Made by a program: the position numbers and the translations under genes
The notes under the pieces: generated by a model
Database searches by the model: none
What the model was told of the DNA's origin: nothing
The model's input: the letters and a program-made list of their open reading frames with translations, nothing else
Shown here: one piece after another, positions 19,446-29,105 of the stretch
Layout: every line of letters begins with the position of its first letter
Numbering within the stretch: the first letter of the stretch is position 1
Source of the DNA: Clostridia bacterium
GTDB taxonomy: Bacteria; Bacillota; Clostridia; Oscillospirales; CAG-272
NCBI GenBank assembly: GCA_017621755.1
Contig: JAGASL010000063.1
Coordinates: forward strand, 12,265 to 76,264
Direction of reading: 5' to 3'
Length of the DNA stretch: 64,000 nucleotides

Positions 19446-20183
19446 TTTTTCCATCTCGCGGCGCACGCGGTTAAAGGTGCGTACCGATTGAAAGCCGCTG
19501 TCAAGCGCCGCCTGCGTGACGGTCACGCCGCCGCGCGAGAGCCGCGAAAGGGCATCCTCTAAGCGATACTGGTTGACCAGATCGCGAAAGTTCATTTGAA
19601 GTGACGTGCGAAATACGCGAGAGATATATTGCTTGTGGTAGCCAAGCGCCGTGGCCAGCGTGCTCTCGGTGATCGGCTCGGTATAATGCTCCTCTACGTA
19701 ACGGATGATCGAAAGCACCAGATCGTCCGTTTTCTTTTTCGGCGCAAAGGTGGCCACGGTGAGAAAGGCACCCGCCAGAAGATAGAGAGAGGCGCGCAGG
19801 GTATAGGCCTCCGGTGTGCCGGTATAAAAAAACCGATCAGAAAGAAAGGCGCGCAGCTCGTCATCCGGCCTGAAGATTGGGCTTACAGGGCTTTCCTTTT
19901 GGGCCCGGCTCCACAGCTCCGGCACGTATTCGCCGGAAAAGACAGCCACAAACAGCGCCGTGCCACTCTCCACACGAAAGGCGTGCGATTCATAGGGAAA
20001 GACCAGGCAGCACTCGCCCTCGCGCAGGCGATACGGCTTTTCCTTTACGAATATGGTATTCGCCCCTTTCTTGGCGTACAGCAGCTCAAAGCTCTTATGA
20101 AAGTGGGCAGGGTAGCAGGCATCGGTATACAGGGCGGCATTGTAAATGTGCGAGCCAAAGGTGTTGTGTGGCTGGTGAAACAT
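19443..20183 (-). CDS. AraC family transcriptional regulator (cupin sensor plus HTH)
   Basis: N-terminal cupin-like region (HFHKSFELLY). C-terminal AraC HTH (LATALGYHKQYISRVFR...AALDSGFQSVRTFNRVRR). Confidence 0.85.
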   Translation of the reverse strand: MFHQPHNTFGSHIYNAALYTDACYPAHFHKSFELLYAKKGANTIFVKEKPYRLREGECCLVFPYESHAFRVESGTALFVAVFSGEYVPELWSRAQKESPVSPIFRPDDELRAFLSDRFFYTGTPEAYTLRASLYLLAGAFLTVATFAPKKKTDDLVLSIIRYVEEHYTEPITESTLATALGYHKQYISRVFRTSLQMNFRDLVNQYRLEDALSRLSRGGVTVTQAALDSGFQSVRTFNRVRREMEK

Positions 20184-20284
20184 AACATCTCCCTAAAAGG
20201 TTTATTTTTGTCTTATATTATACAAGAAAAGTCTATATTTTGCAATCCCTTTTTTCTATAATGAAAGTGAAAAGGGGTGATTTT

Positions 20285-21118
20285 TTGAAAGGCAGAATAT
20301 TTTCCATTGAGGAATTCAGTATTTTTGATGGGGATGGAATCCGCACCACCGTTTTTCTAAAGGGCTGCCCCTTGCGCTGCGCCTGGTGCCACAGCCCAGA
20401 GGGGCAGAAATTTGAGATGGAATACCTGCGCTCGCCAAACGGCTGCCTTTCTTGCGGCGCTTGCCTTGCCGCCGGCGGCGGCCGTCTGACAGCGGCATCT
20501 GTTGATGCCTGCCCGCGCAATCTCGTTCGTGCGGCGGGTGAGGACGTAGAGCCAGAGCAACTCTATCGGCGCCTTTCTCGCCATTTTGATATGCTGAATC
20601 ACGCCGGCGGAGGGGTTACCTTTTCAGGTGGTGAGCCGCTTGCGCAGCCGGAATTTCTGTATGAATGCCTGTGCCTCTTGCGTGGCAGGACTAACCGAGG
20701 CCTGCAGACCTCAGGCTACGCCACCAACGCCATTTTTTCTCGAATATTGGGCGAATGCGATCTGCTGCTCTTTGACCTGAAGCTGATTGACGAAGCCACG
20801 CATAAGCGCTATACCGGCGTCTCAAGCGAGCCAATTCTCGACAATTATCACACGGCAGCAGCCAGCGGCAAGCGCCTTTTAACCCGTATACCTCTAATTC
20901 CCGGCGTGACGGATACGGAAGAAAATGTAACCGCCATCTGCCGTGTCATGCAGGAAAGCAACGTTGCCTATGCCGAGCTGTTGCCCTATAACCGTCTGGC
21001 GGGCAGTAAATATCCGCTGGCTGGGCGGGTATACGATCCCCCATTCAACACAGAGCAGGTGCCTGCCGTGCGGCAAGAGATCTTTGCCGCCCACGGTATT
21101 CAGACTAAAATTTTGTAA
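20285..21118 (+). CDS. glycyl-radical enzyme activating protein (radical SAM)
   Basis: GRIFSIEEFSIFDGDGIRT N-terminus. CPLRCAWC (CX3CX2C). One ferredoxin-like CLSCGAC...CP insert. GGGVTFSGGEP. TTG 20285 follows AAAGGGG; ATG 20261 overlaps a TATAAT box and TTG 20240 lacks an RBS. Confidence 0.82.
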   Translation: MKGRIFSIEEFSIFDGDGIRTTVFLKGCPLRCAWCHSPEGQKFEMEYLRSPNGCLSCGACLAAGGGRLTAASVDACPRNLVRAAGEDVEPEQLYRRLSRHFDMLNHAGGGVTFSGGEPLAQPEFLYECLCLLRGRTNRGLQTSGYATNAIFSRILGECDLLLFDLKLIDEATHKRYTGVSSEPILDNYHTAAASGKRLLTRIPLIPGVTDTEENVTAICRVMQESNVAYAELLPYNRLAGSKYPLAGRVYDPPFNTEQVPAVRQEIFAAHGIQTKIL

Positions 21119-21132
21119 AAGGAGAAAAAACG

Positions 21133-23136
21133 ATGACAGAGCTGGTTCAATCCTTTCTCGACTATTTTCGCACAAGAGCCTACCGCAAGGAGCGGCGCAC
21201 GTTGCCGCCGATCACCTTTGATGCAGTAAAGGACCGCTATCAGTACTTTCCCTACGTCTTTTCCCGCATCTGTGAGGAGGAGGTGCCCGTTTTACGTCAT
21301 CCGGGCGACGAGTTCGGCTTCAACCGCACCGTGCACGTGCAATTCGCCGGAAATGGATGCATGAACAATCACACCCCCGACTATGCCTGGGCGCTAAGCA
21401 ACGGCTTTGAGGAGATCCTTGCCGATCTTGCCCGACGCGCGGACGGCGCCGATGAAGAGGGCAAGGCTTTTTACCGGGCAGCTACCGACAGCATCCATAC
21501 CCTGCTTACCTTTTGCGAGTGCTACCGCGCCGAAGCAGAGCGTGCCGGCTGTGACAAGCTGGCGCGGGCGCTGGCGACCGTGCCGCGCAAGCCTGCCACC
21601 ACCTATTATGAGGCGCTGCTCTTCATGAAGCTTTTGATCTTTGCGCACCGTGCCTCGGGTGTCAGCCATCTGACGCTCGGCCGCTTTGACCAGTATATGT
21701 ACCCCTATTATCTCGCTTCGCAAAAAGCCGGCATCACCGAGGATGCGCTGCTGGAGGAGACGGAGCTGTTCTTCATTTCGATCAATATGGATACCGATAT
21801 CTACACCGGTGTCCAGCAGGGCGACAATGGGCAAAGCCTGGTGCTTGGCGGATGCACGCCCGAATGCGAGGACGTATTCAACGAGCTGAGCGAAATGATC
21901 CTGACAGCCTCGGAGGAGCTATGCCTGATCGATCCGAAGATCAATCTTCGTGTCTCTGCCAAAACACCACTTGAGCGCTACGTGCGCGCCACGCGCCTGA
22001 CAGCTAAGGGACTCGGCTTTCCGCAATACTGCAACGATGATATTGTAATTCCCGGCCTTGTGAGCCTTGGCTACGCTTATGAAGATGCCTGCAACTACGC
22101 CGTGGCGGCCTGCTGGGAGTTTATCGTACCGGCGGTGGCATATGACATTCCCAACATCCGCACGATGAATTTCCCCTTGGTGGTTCGCAAGGCGACCATG
22201 GAATGCTTAGAGGGCTGTGACACCTTTGAAGACTTCTTTTCCGCTGTAAAGCACCATATCCTTGCCTATTTTGATGAACGCAGGGTGGCCACCTCACAGT
22301 ACGAATGGTCGAAACGGTTCCACCCCAACCCGTTTGGCTCGCTTTTTCTTACCGATTGCCGCGAGAAGGGGCGCGATGCCTTTGCCTTCGTTACAAAATA
22401 TAAGAACTTTGGCATACACGGCCTTGGTGTAGGGCCGGCGGTAGACGCGCTGATGGCGATCTGCCGCACGGTCTATGAGGAAAAGAGCATCAGCAAGGCA
22501 GAGCTGCTTGCGGCGCTGGAAAACGACTTCCGCGATGCTGAGCCCTTGCGCCGCCGTCTGCTTGCCTGCCCGAAGCTGGGCAGCGGCGACGAGGAATGCG
22601 AAAAGCTGATGGTGCGCATGCTGCACTTTTATGCCGGTGCGGTCAACCATACGCCGAATGGGGTTGGCGGCATCTGGCGTGCCGGTACGGGCGGCTCTCA
22701 GGATTACGTAACCATGTCACGCGACGTAGGCGCCACGGCCGACGGCCGGCACGCGGGCGAGCCCTACCCCTCCAGCTTCTCCCCCTCGATCGGTGTGCGC
22801 GCTGCCGGCCTGCTTTCGGTCATCGAGGCGTTTACCAGACCGGATATGAAAACGCTGATCAACGGCGGCCCGCTGACGATCGAGCTGCACACCAACGTAT
22901 TCCGAAACGAGGAGGGAATTCGTAAGGTAGCGCTGCTGGTGGCTGAATTTATTCGCCGCGGCGGGCACGAGCTGCAGCTTAACGCCCTGCATCGCGATAC
23001 GCTGATAGAGGCACAAAAGCACCCCGAGCAATATCCCGACCTGATCGTGCGCGTCTGGGGCTGGAGCGGCTATTTCTGCGAGCTGGATCTCCCATTCCAA
23101 AATCAGATCATCTCCCGCACGGATTATCAGCTGTAA
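21133..23136 (+). CDS. glycyl radical enzyme, PFL-like superfamily, unusually short (667 aa), function unknown
   Basis: GRFDQYMYPYY, NELSEMIL, GFPQYCNDD, Cys loop AVAACWEF, and C-terminal glycine-radical motif VRVWGWSGYF...QNQIISRT. Confidence 0.85.
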   Translation: MTELVQSFLDYFRTRAYRKERRTLPPITFDAVKDRYQYFPYVFSRICEEEVPVLRHPGDEFGFNRTVHVQFAGNGCMNNHTPDYAWALSNGFEEILADLARRADGADEEGKAFYRAATDSIHTLLTFCECYRAEAERAGCDKLARALATVPRKPATTYYEALLFMKLLIFAHRASGVSHLTLGRFDQYMYPYYLASQKAGITEDALLEETELFFISINMDTDIYTGVQQGDNGQSLVLGGCTPECEDVFNELSEMILTASEELCLIDPKINLRVSAKTPLERYVRATRLTAKGLGFPQYCNDDIVIPGLVSLGYAYEDACNYAVAACWEFIVPAVAYDIPNIRTMNFPLVVRKATMECLEGCDTFEDFFSAVKHHILAYFDERRVATSQYEWSKRFHPNPFGSLFLTDCREKGRDAFAFVTKYKNFGIHGLGVGPAVDALMAICRTVYEEKSISKAELLAALENDFRDAEPLRRRLLACPKLGSGDEECEKLMVRMLHFYAGAVNHTPNGVGGIWRAGTGGSQDYVTMSRDVGATADGRHAGEPYPSSFSPSIGVRAAGLLSVIEAFTRPDMKTLINGGPLTIELHTNVFRNEEGIRKVALLVAEFIRRGGHELQLNALHRDTLIEAQKHPEQYPDLIVRVWGWSGYFCELDLPFQNQIISRTDYQL

Positions 23137-23144
23137 CGCATAAC

Positions 23145-23182
23145 AAAAAAGCCGATATGGAAAACCCATATCGGCTTTTTTT
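23145..23182. terminator. bidirectional intrinsic terminator
   Basis: A-run, gccgatatgg / ccatatcggc stem, T-run, between the GRE gene and gdhA. Confidence 0.75.
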
Positions 23183-23214
23183 GCAGCAGAGTTGCTGCCC
23201 CTTGTACGTATCGG

Positions 23215-24567
23215 TTAGCAGATGCCCTGCCACTTCATGGCCTCGGCCACCTTCAAGAAGCCCGCGATATTAGCGCCGGCTACCAGGTCACCCTCCATGC
23301 CGTATTCCTTGGCGGCCTTAACAGAGCTGCTGTAGATGTTCTTCATGATCATCTTCAGCTTCTCGTCAACCTCCTCGGCCGTCCAGCTGTAGCGCATCGA
23401 GTTCTGAGACATTTCCAGGCCGGAAACGGCAACGCCGCCGGCGTTTACAGCCTTCGAGGGGGCAACGACAAGCCCCTCTGCCTTCAGGTATGCCATGGCC
23501 TCGTTGGTGGTAGGCATGTTCGAAACCTCAATGTAGTACTTCACACCGTTGGCAACGATCATCTTGGCATCCTCTACGTCTACCTCGTTCTGGGTAGCGC
23601 AGGGCATGATCACGTCAACCTTTTCGCACCACGGCTTCTTGCCAGCGAAGAAGGGAACGCCAAACTTATCGGCATAATCCTCTACGCGGTTGCGGCAGGA
23701 GTTACGCATCTCCAGCATAAAGTTGATCTTTTCCTCAGTGGCAATGCCATCCTTATCATAAATATAGCCGTCCGGGCCGGAGAGGGTAACGACCTTGCCG
23801 CCCAGCTCGGTGATCTTCATAACCGTGCCCCATGCCACGTTGCCGAAGCCGGAAACGGCAAAGGTCTTGCCCTTTACCTCTTCACCAAAGGACTTCAGCA
23901 CCTCTTGCGTATAGTAAACGGCACCAAAGCCGGTTGCCTCAGGGCGGATCAGCGAGCCGCCGGAGGAAATGTGCTTGCCGGTCAGCACGCCGGTAAACTC
24001 GTTCCGCAGTCTCTTATACTGGCCAAAGAGATAGCCAACCTCGCGTGCGCCAACACCGATATCACCGGCCGGCACGTCGGTATCCGGGCCGATGTGCTTA
24101 GAAAGCTCAGTCATAAAGCTCTGGCAGAAGCGCATAACCTCCCCATCAGACTTGCCCTTCGGGTCAAAGTCAGAGCCGCCCTTACCGCCGCCCATGGGCA
24201 GAGAGGTAAGAGAGTTCTTGAAGGTCTGCTCAAAGCCGAGGAACTTAATAATGGATGCGTTTACCGAGGGGTGGAAGCGAAGGCCGCCCTTGTACGGGCC
24301 GATGGCAGAGTTAAACTGTACGCGGAAGCCGCGGTTTACCTGTACCTTGCCTGCATCGTCAACCCACGGAACGCGGAAGGTAACCATGCGCTCCGGCTCT
24401 ACGATTCTTTCAAAAATGCCAGCCTCTACCAGATCGGGGCGGCGCTCTGCAACCGGCTCAAGAGATTCAAAGACCTCGTATACCGTTTGCAAAAATTCCT
24501 TTTCGCCGGGGTTTCTTTTCTCGGTCTTTTCATAGACGCTAAGAAGGTATTCGTTTGTTAATGCCAT
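23215..24567 (-). CDS. gdhA: NADP-specific glutamate dehydrogenase
   Basis: GPYKGGLRFHPSVN and LPMGGGKGGSDFDPKGKS signature, 450 aa. Confidence 0.92.
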   Translation of the reverse strand: MALTNEYLLSVYEKTEKRNPGEKEFLQTVYEVFESLEPVAERRPDLVEAGIFERIVEPERMVTFRVPWVDDAGKVQVNRGFRVQFNSAIGPYKGGLRFHPSVNASIIKFLGFEQTFKNSLTSLPMGGGKGGSDFDPKGKSDGEVMRFCQSFMTELSKHIGPDTDVPAGDIGVGAREVGYLFGQYKRLRNEFTGVLTGKHISSGGSLIRPEATGFGAVYYTQEVLKSFGEEVKGKTFAVSGFGNVAWGTVMKITELGGKVVTLSGPDGYIYDKDGIATEEKINFMLEMRNSCRNRVEDYADKFGVPFFAGKKPWCEKVDVIMPCATQNEVDVEDAKMIVANGVKYYIEVSNMPTTNEAMAYLKAEGLVVAPSKAVNAGGVAVSGLEMSQNSMRYSWTAEEVDEKLKMIMKNIYSSSVKAAKEYGMEGDLVAGANIAGFLKVAEAMKWQGIC

Positions 24568-24599
24568 AGCTCATTCTCCTCAAAGTTGAATATGCTATT

Positions 24600-24628
24600 A
24601 TTATATACGGAGAAATGCCGTTTGTCAA
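24600..24628 (-). promoter_or_regulatory. gdhA promoter
   Basis: Minus strand: TTGACA (24628-24623), 17 nt, TATAAT (24605-24600). Confidence 0.6.
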
Positions 24629-24692
24629 TAGGAAAGATGCATAAAAAGATAGGAAAATCAAAAAAAATGAGCGAAAATGAAGCGAAATGAAT

Positions 24693-27119
24693 TTAGTCCT
24701 GCAAAGCAGGGGCCTCTTTTGCCGCTTGGCATGCATCAAAGCAAAGCCCCCCATCCTTGACACGCAAATGCACGCTATCGCCGCGCTGCAGGGCGCCTGT
24801 CAGCAGTCGGTCGGAAAGGGCATCCTCTACCTCTGTCATCACCGTTCGGCGTAGTGGGCGCGCGCCGTAGGCGCGGTCATAGCCGCGCTCTGCCAACAGG
24901 GCAAGCACCCCTTCCTCATAGGTCAGAGAAATGCCGGCCTCAGCCGCGCGGGCGCGGCTTTCCTCCAAAAGCCGGCGAACGATGGCCATGCAGGCCTCTT
25001 TGTCCAGCGGGTGAAAGGGAAGAATATCGTCAATGCGGTTGAGAAATTCCGGGCGAAAGTAGGCACGCAGGCTTTCGTGCAGGCGCGCGCGGGCATCCTC
25101 AGCCTCCTGCCCGCCAAAGCCCAGATGATGGGTATCCTTGCCGCCCACGTTGGTGGTCATAATGATCACGGCGTTTGAAAAATCAGCCCGCTTACCGTGC
25201 GAATCGGTTAGACTGCCGTCCTCTAAGATCTGCAGCAGCAGGTTCAAAACGTCGGGGTGGGCCTTTTCTAATTCATCAAACAGCAGCACCGAATAGGGGC
25301 GGCGGCGAATGGCCTCGGTCAAAATGCCCCCCTCCTCATAGCCCACGTAGCCGGGCGGGGCGCCGATCAGGCGTGAGACACTATGCTTTTCCATATATTC
25401 AGACATATCCAGACGAAACATCGCCTGCCGTTCGCCGAACAACAGCTCGGAAAGGGCGAGTGAGAGCGCCGTTTTTCCCACCCCGGTGGGGCCAAGAAAG
25501 AGAAAGGAGCCAACCGGCCTGTGCGGGTCACGTAGGCCAAGGCGGCTGCGCCGTATGGCGGCCGCCAGTCGGTGAACCGCCTCCCTTTGGCCGATCACAC
25601 GCTGGTTCAGCTCCTCCTCCAGCCTGGCCAGCCTACTGCTTTCTTCCTCGCAGATCGCTTGGGTGGGGATCCCCGTCCAGGCGGTCAGTGTTTCGGCAAT
25701 ATCCTCGGGTGTGACGCTGGGCGTGCGCGTGCGCTCGCGCCAGGCGGCGGCCTGCGCCTCGCGCTCGGCATGCAGGGCGCGTATGCGGTCGCGTGCTGCG
25801 GCTGCCCCTTCAAAGTCCTGCTGCCGGATGCACGCCTCCTTTTCTTCCTCCACTTGCTGCATCTGGTGGCGTAGCTCGCCAAGCACGGCTGGCTGTGTTT
25901 CTGCCTGCATATGCAGGCGCGCCGCCGTTTCATCCAACAGATCTAAGGCCTTATCCGGCAGGTAGCGATCCGGCAGGTAACGGCGGGAAAGGGATACCGC
26001 TGCGCGCAAGGCCTCCTCCGAAAGCTGTAGCCCGTGGTGAAGCTCATACCGTGGGCAAAGCCCGCGCAGGATCTCTAGGGCCTCCTCCTCGGTCGGCTCC
26101 TCAATCATAAGGGGTTGAAAGCGGCGTGCCAGCGCCGCGTCCTTTTCAATATGCTGGCGGTATTCCGTCATGGTGGTGGCGCCAATGACCTGAATCTGCC
26201 CACGCGAGAGCGCCGGCTTCATAATATTGGCGGCGTCAACGGCCCCCTCGGCAGCACCGGCACCAACGATGGTGTGCAGCTCGTCGATAAACAGAATAAT
26301 TTCCGGGTGCGCCACCGCCTCGGCCATGGCGTTTTTTAGCCGCTCTTCAAATTCGCCGCGGTATTTTGCCCCGGCGATCATCGAGCCAAGATCCAGCGAA
26401 ACAATCACCTTGCTTTGCAAGGAAGCAGGCACGTTTCCCTCGGCCAGCAGCAGGGCAAGCCCCTCTACCACGGCGGTCTTGCCAACGCCCGGTTCTCCTA
26501 CTAAGCAAGGGTTGTTCTTTTGCCGGCGGGAAAGAATGCCGATCAGCCGCTCGCTCTCCCGCTCGCGGCCGATCACAGGGTCCAGCCTTCCGCATCTGGC
26601 GGCAGCTGTCAGATCATGGCCGTAGCTTGCCAGCGTAGGGGTGGCGGATAGGGTGCTTTTTTCCCCCTCACCCGGCTTGCTCTTCTTCGCGGGCAGGATC
26701 AGGGCGCTCAGCTCGTTTTTCAACTCGCCCGGTGGGAGGCCCTGTGAGGCAAGCAGCTTGTAGGCAGCAGAACCGCTTTCCTCGGTGATGCCGTATAGGA
26801 GATGCTCACTGCCGATATAGACCGCCCCAGCCTGTATGGCCGCTGCCGCCGCGTGCTCAATCAGCGCGCGCAGGCGCGGTGTCATATCCTCGGCCGAAAC
26901 GGGGTAGGGGCTGCCGCTGCCGGCTGCATCTAAAATAGCCACGCGCAGCCGCTCGGCGCTGATGCCGTGCCCGGCAAGCAGACTACCTGCTGCGCATCCC
27001 TCCTCCTCTACCATAGCCAGCAAAAGATGCTCGCTGCCTACGTAGGTATGGCCAAATTCCCGTGCCGCTGCCAGGGCGCCGTTCAAGATGTTTTCCGCTT
27101 TTTTGGTAAATCTATCCAT
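24693..27119 (-). CDS. clpC: ATP-dependent Clp protease ATP-binding subunit, ClpC type
   Basis: Two Clp_N repeats. Walker A GEPGVGKT and GPTGVGKT. UVR-like QDFEGAAAARD linker. Start at ATG 27119 after AGGAGA rather than 27170. Confidence 0.88.
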   Translation of the reverse strand: MDRFTKKAENILNGALAAAREFGHTYVGSEHLLLAMVEEEGCAAGSLLAGHGISAERLRVAILDAAGSGSPYPVSAEDMTPRLRALIEHAAAAAIQAGAVYIGSEHLLYGITEESGSAAYKLLASQGLPPGELKNELSALILPAKKSKPGEGEKSTLSATPTLASYGHDLTAAARCGRLDPVIGRERESERLIGILSRRQKNNPCLVGEPGVGKTAVVEGLALLLAEGNVPASLQSKVIVSLDLGSMIAGAKYRGEFEERLKNAMAEAVAHPEIILFIDELHTIVGAGAAEGAVDAANIMKPALSRGQIQVIGATTMTEYRQHIEKDAALARRFQPLMIEEPTEEEALEILRGLCPRYELHHGLQLSEEALRAAVSLSRRYLPDRYLPDKALDLLDETAARLHMQAETQPAVLGELRHQMQQVEEEKEACIRQQDFEGAAAARDRIRALHAEREAQAAAWRERTRTPSVTPEDIAETLTAWTGIPTQAICEEESSRLARLEEELNQRVIGQREAVHRLAAAIRRSRLGLRDPHRPVGSFLFLGPTGVGKTALSLALSELLFGERQAMFRLDMSEYMEKHSVSRLIGAPPGYVGYEEGGILTEAIRRRPYSVLLFDELEKAHPDVLNLLLQILEDGSLTDSHGKRADFSNAVIIMTTNVGGKDTHHLGFGGQEAEDARARLHESLRAYFRPEFLNRIDDILPFHPLDKEACMAIVRRLLEESRARAAEAGISLTYEEGVLALLAERGYDRAYGARPLRRTVMTEVEDALSDRLLTGALQRGDSVHLRVKDGGLCFDACQAAKEAPALQD

Positions 27120-27159
27120 GCTTTTTCTCCTACTTGCCGCCCAGGGCGGTATGCTGTTT

Positions 27160-27684
27160 TTATTTCGCATGCACGCGGCTGCATTTCCTGCTTTGGTAAT
27201 CTCTTGTCAGCCGTGCCCAGCTTTCTTCATCTAAAATGCCAGAGGTGGGAAGGTGACACTGTCCCTGATAGGCGCGTAGCGCGCGGCCGGTCTCGATATC
27301 AAAGTGCCCGCTTTGGTGCAGGGGTGGTATTCCCGGCATGGTCTCGCGCATGCCGTTTAACAGCACCTGCAGAAGCAGCACCTCGTTGCCGCTGGCGTGC
27401 AGGGCAAGCGGTAGGCTACCGGGCGGCAGCAACAGAGGAGCTCCCACACGCGCCTCACGCGCGGCGGCAAATTGCCGGTAGATCTCCTGCCAGGTGGCAA
27501 GATCCACCTCGCCGCTTTGCGTAAGGCCGTTGCGTGCCTGAAACTGTGTCACTACCGCGCGTGTCTCGTCGCCGTAGATGCCGTCAATAGAAAGATGGGG
27601 AAGTCCCTCGGTCGCATACGAGATCTCCAGCAGGTAGCGCTGCAGCTCGGCGATGGCGTTTCTTTGGTCGGTCAGATTGTACAT
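27160..27684 (-). CDS. peptidoglycan-binding (PG_binding_1) domain protein
   Basis: Two repeats of the G.YG..T..AV..FQ...GL...G.....TW pattern. Confidence 0.72.
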   Translation of the reverse strand: MYNLTDQRNAIAELQRYLLEISYATEGLPHLSIDGIYGDETRAVVTQFQARNGLTQSGEVDLATWQEIYRQFAAAREARVGAPLLLPPGSLPLALHASGNEVLLLQVLLNGMRETMPGIPPLHQSGHFDIETGRALRAYQGQCHLPTSGILDEESWARLTRDYQSRKCSRVHAK

Positions 27685-27699
27685 ACGCTTCCTCGCTTT

Positions 27700-29097
27700 C
27701 TAATTCAAGGTGTAGCCTGGGCTTTGCCCCTCACTTGTCTGGTGGGAAAGGTAAAGATCATCGTATACCCGCGCAATGGCGTTCCATACCGCGGCGTTGA
27801 CCACGTCGCGCGCATCAGGCAGGCCGAATTGCTCTTCAAAGGCATCGATCGCCCTGGCCGTGGCCGGGCCGAACACACCGTCTGCCTCCACGGTGGGAAT
27901 GGTTTGGTAATCGCGTGCGATATAATTCAGGTATTGCTGCAAGGCGCGCACCTCGTCGCCTGTGTCGCCCTGCTGCAGGATGCGACCGGGAAAGGGAAGC
28001 GCCAGACCGTCCAGCTCGGCATACGAGGTGGCATCGTTAAAGCCAAGATACACGTTATATAGTCTGTTCCATGTCAGCTCGCCAACTACGCCGTCCGGCG
28101 TGAGCCCATAGGCTGATTGAAAGGCGCGAACGGCCTCCTCGGTTGAGGGACCAAAGCTGCCGTCTACTGTGACGGTGGGTACGGTAGGCAGAAATTGCGC
28201 CACGTAGCGCAGATAATATTGCAGCACCTCTACCCCCTGTCCGGTAGAGCCAAGAGAAAGCGATTCCGGGTATTGGGTAGAAACGTCTTGCAGCGTAAGC
28301 CCCTCGGAATACAGCTCGCTTAGCCGCTTGACGGCATTGTAGATGTATTGTATGCGGTACCAGGTCGCTTGCCCAACGATGCCGTCCACCCCCAGCCCAA
28401 ACACGCGCTGAAAGGCGCGAACGGCTTCCTCGGTCGTTTCACCAAAGACCCCATTGGTGGGGTATATTTTCGGTATGGCGGGGTAATTGGTCGCAATGCG
28501 GTTCAGGCGGGTCTGGATCAGCTGCACGTCCGGCCCCGAGCTGCCGCGCTGCAGGGGCACGGGCGGCACGCTGGCGGTGATGCCGCGCACGTCATCGGTG
28601 CTGACGATATCGATATCGTCGCCATAATAGTAGGTAAGGATCTCGTAGGGGGTGTAGCCCTGCTGGGCAAGAGAAAGCGAGCCCCATTGCGAAAGCCCCG
28701 CGCAGGTAACGCGGTCCCCATCACAGTATTGTGCAAAAAGCGGCTCAATAAACCCCTGCCGTACAAGATAGCGGTTAAAAATTTCATCTACGATGTCGGA
28801 AATGTTTTCGAAGATGTCGCGCCCATAGACAAAGGATTGGTCAAAGGCGGTGGAGCTGGTAATATCAAAGGGGTAGCCGCGAGAGCGGTAGTATTCGGTA
28901 TAGACCCGGTTCAGGGCAAAGGAGATCTGCGCGTAGATATTGGCGCGCAGGGCACTTTCCGGCCAGGTGGGGTAGATCTCGCTGGAGGCTACGTTTTTGA
29001 TATAGTCGGGAAAGCTGAGCGTGACGTTCTGCGCCGGCTCGCTTGGTGCGCCTAAATGCACGGTGATCGTTTCGGGTATGTAGGGTGTGTTTGGCAT
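27700..29097 (-). CDS. SpoIID-like domain protein with three peptidoglycan-binding domains
   Basis: N-terminal ASSEIYPTWPESALRANIYAQISFALNR, DQSFVYG and LSQWGSLSLAQQGYTPYEILTYYYG resemble SpoIID/LytB motifs. Three PG_binding_1 repeats follow. Confidence 0.68.
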   Translation of the reverse strand: MPNTPYIPETITVHLGAPSEPAQNVTLSFPDYIKNVASSEIYPTWPESALRANIYAQISFALNRVYTEYYRSRGYPFDITSSTAFDQSFVYGRDIFENISDIVDEIFNRYLVRQGFIEPLFAQYCDGDRVTCAGLSQWGSLSLAQQGYTPYEILTYYYGDDIDIVSTDDVRGITASVPPVPLQRGSSGPDVQLIQTRLNRIATNYPAIPKIYPTNGVFGETTEEAVRAFQRVFGLGVDGIVGQATWYRIQYIYNAVKRLSELYSEGLTLQDVSTQYPESLSLGSTGQGVEVLQYYLRYVAQFLPTVPTVTVDGSFGPSTEEAVRAFQSAYGLTPDGVVGELTWNRLYNVYLGFNDATSYAELDGLALPFPGRILQQGDTGDEVRALQQYLNYIARDYQTIPTVEADGVFGPATARAIDAFEEQFGLPDARDVVNAAVWNAIARVYDDLYLSHQTSEGQSPGYTLN

Positions 29098-29105
29098 AGT
29101 ATCTC

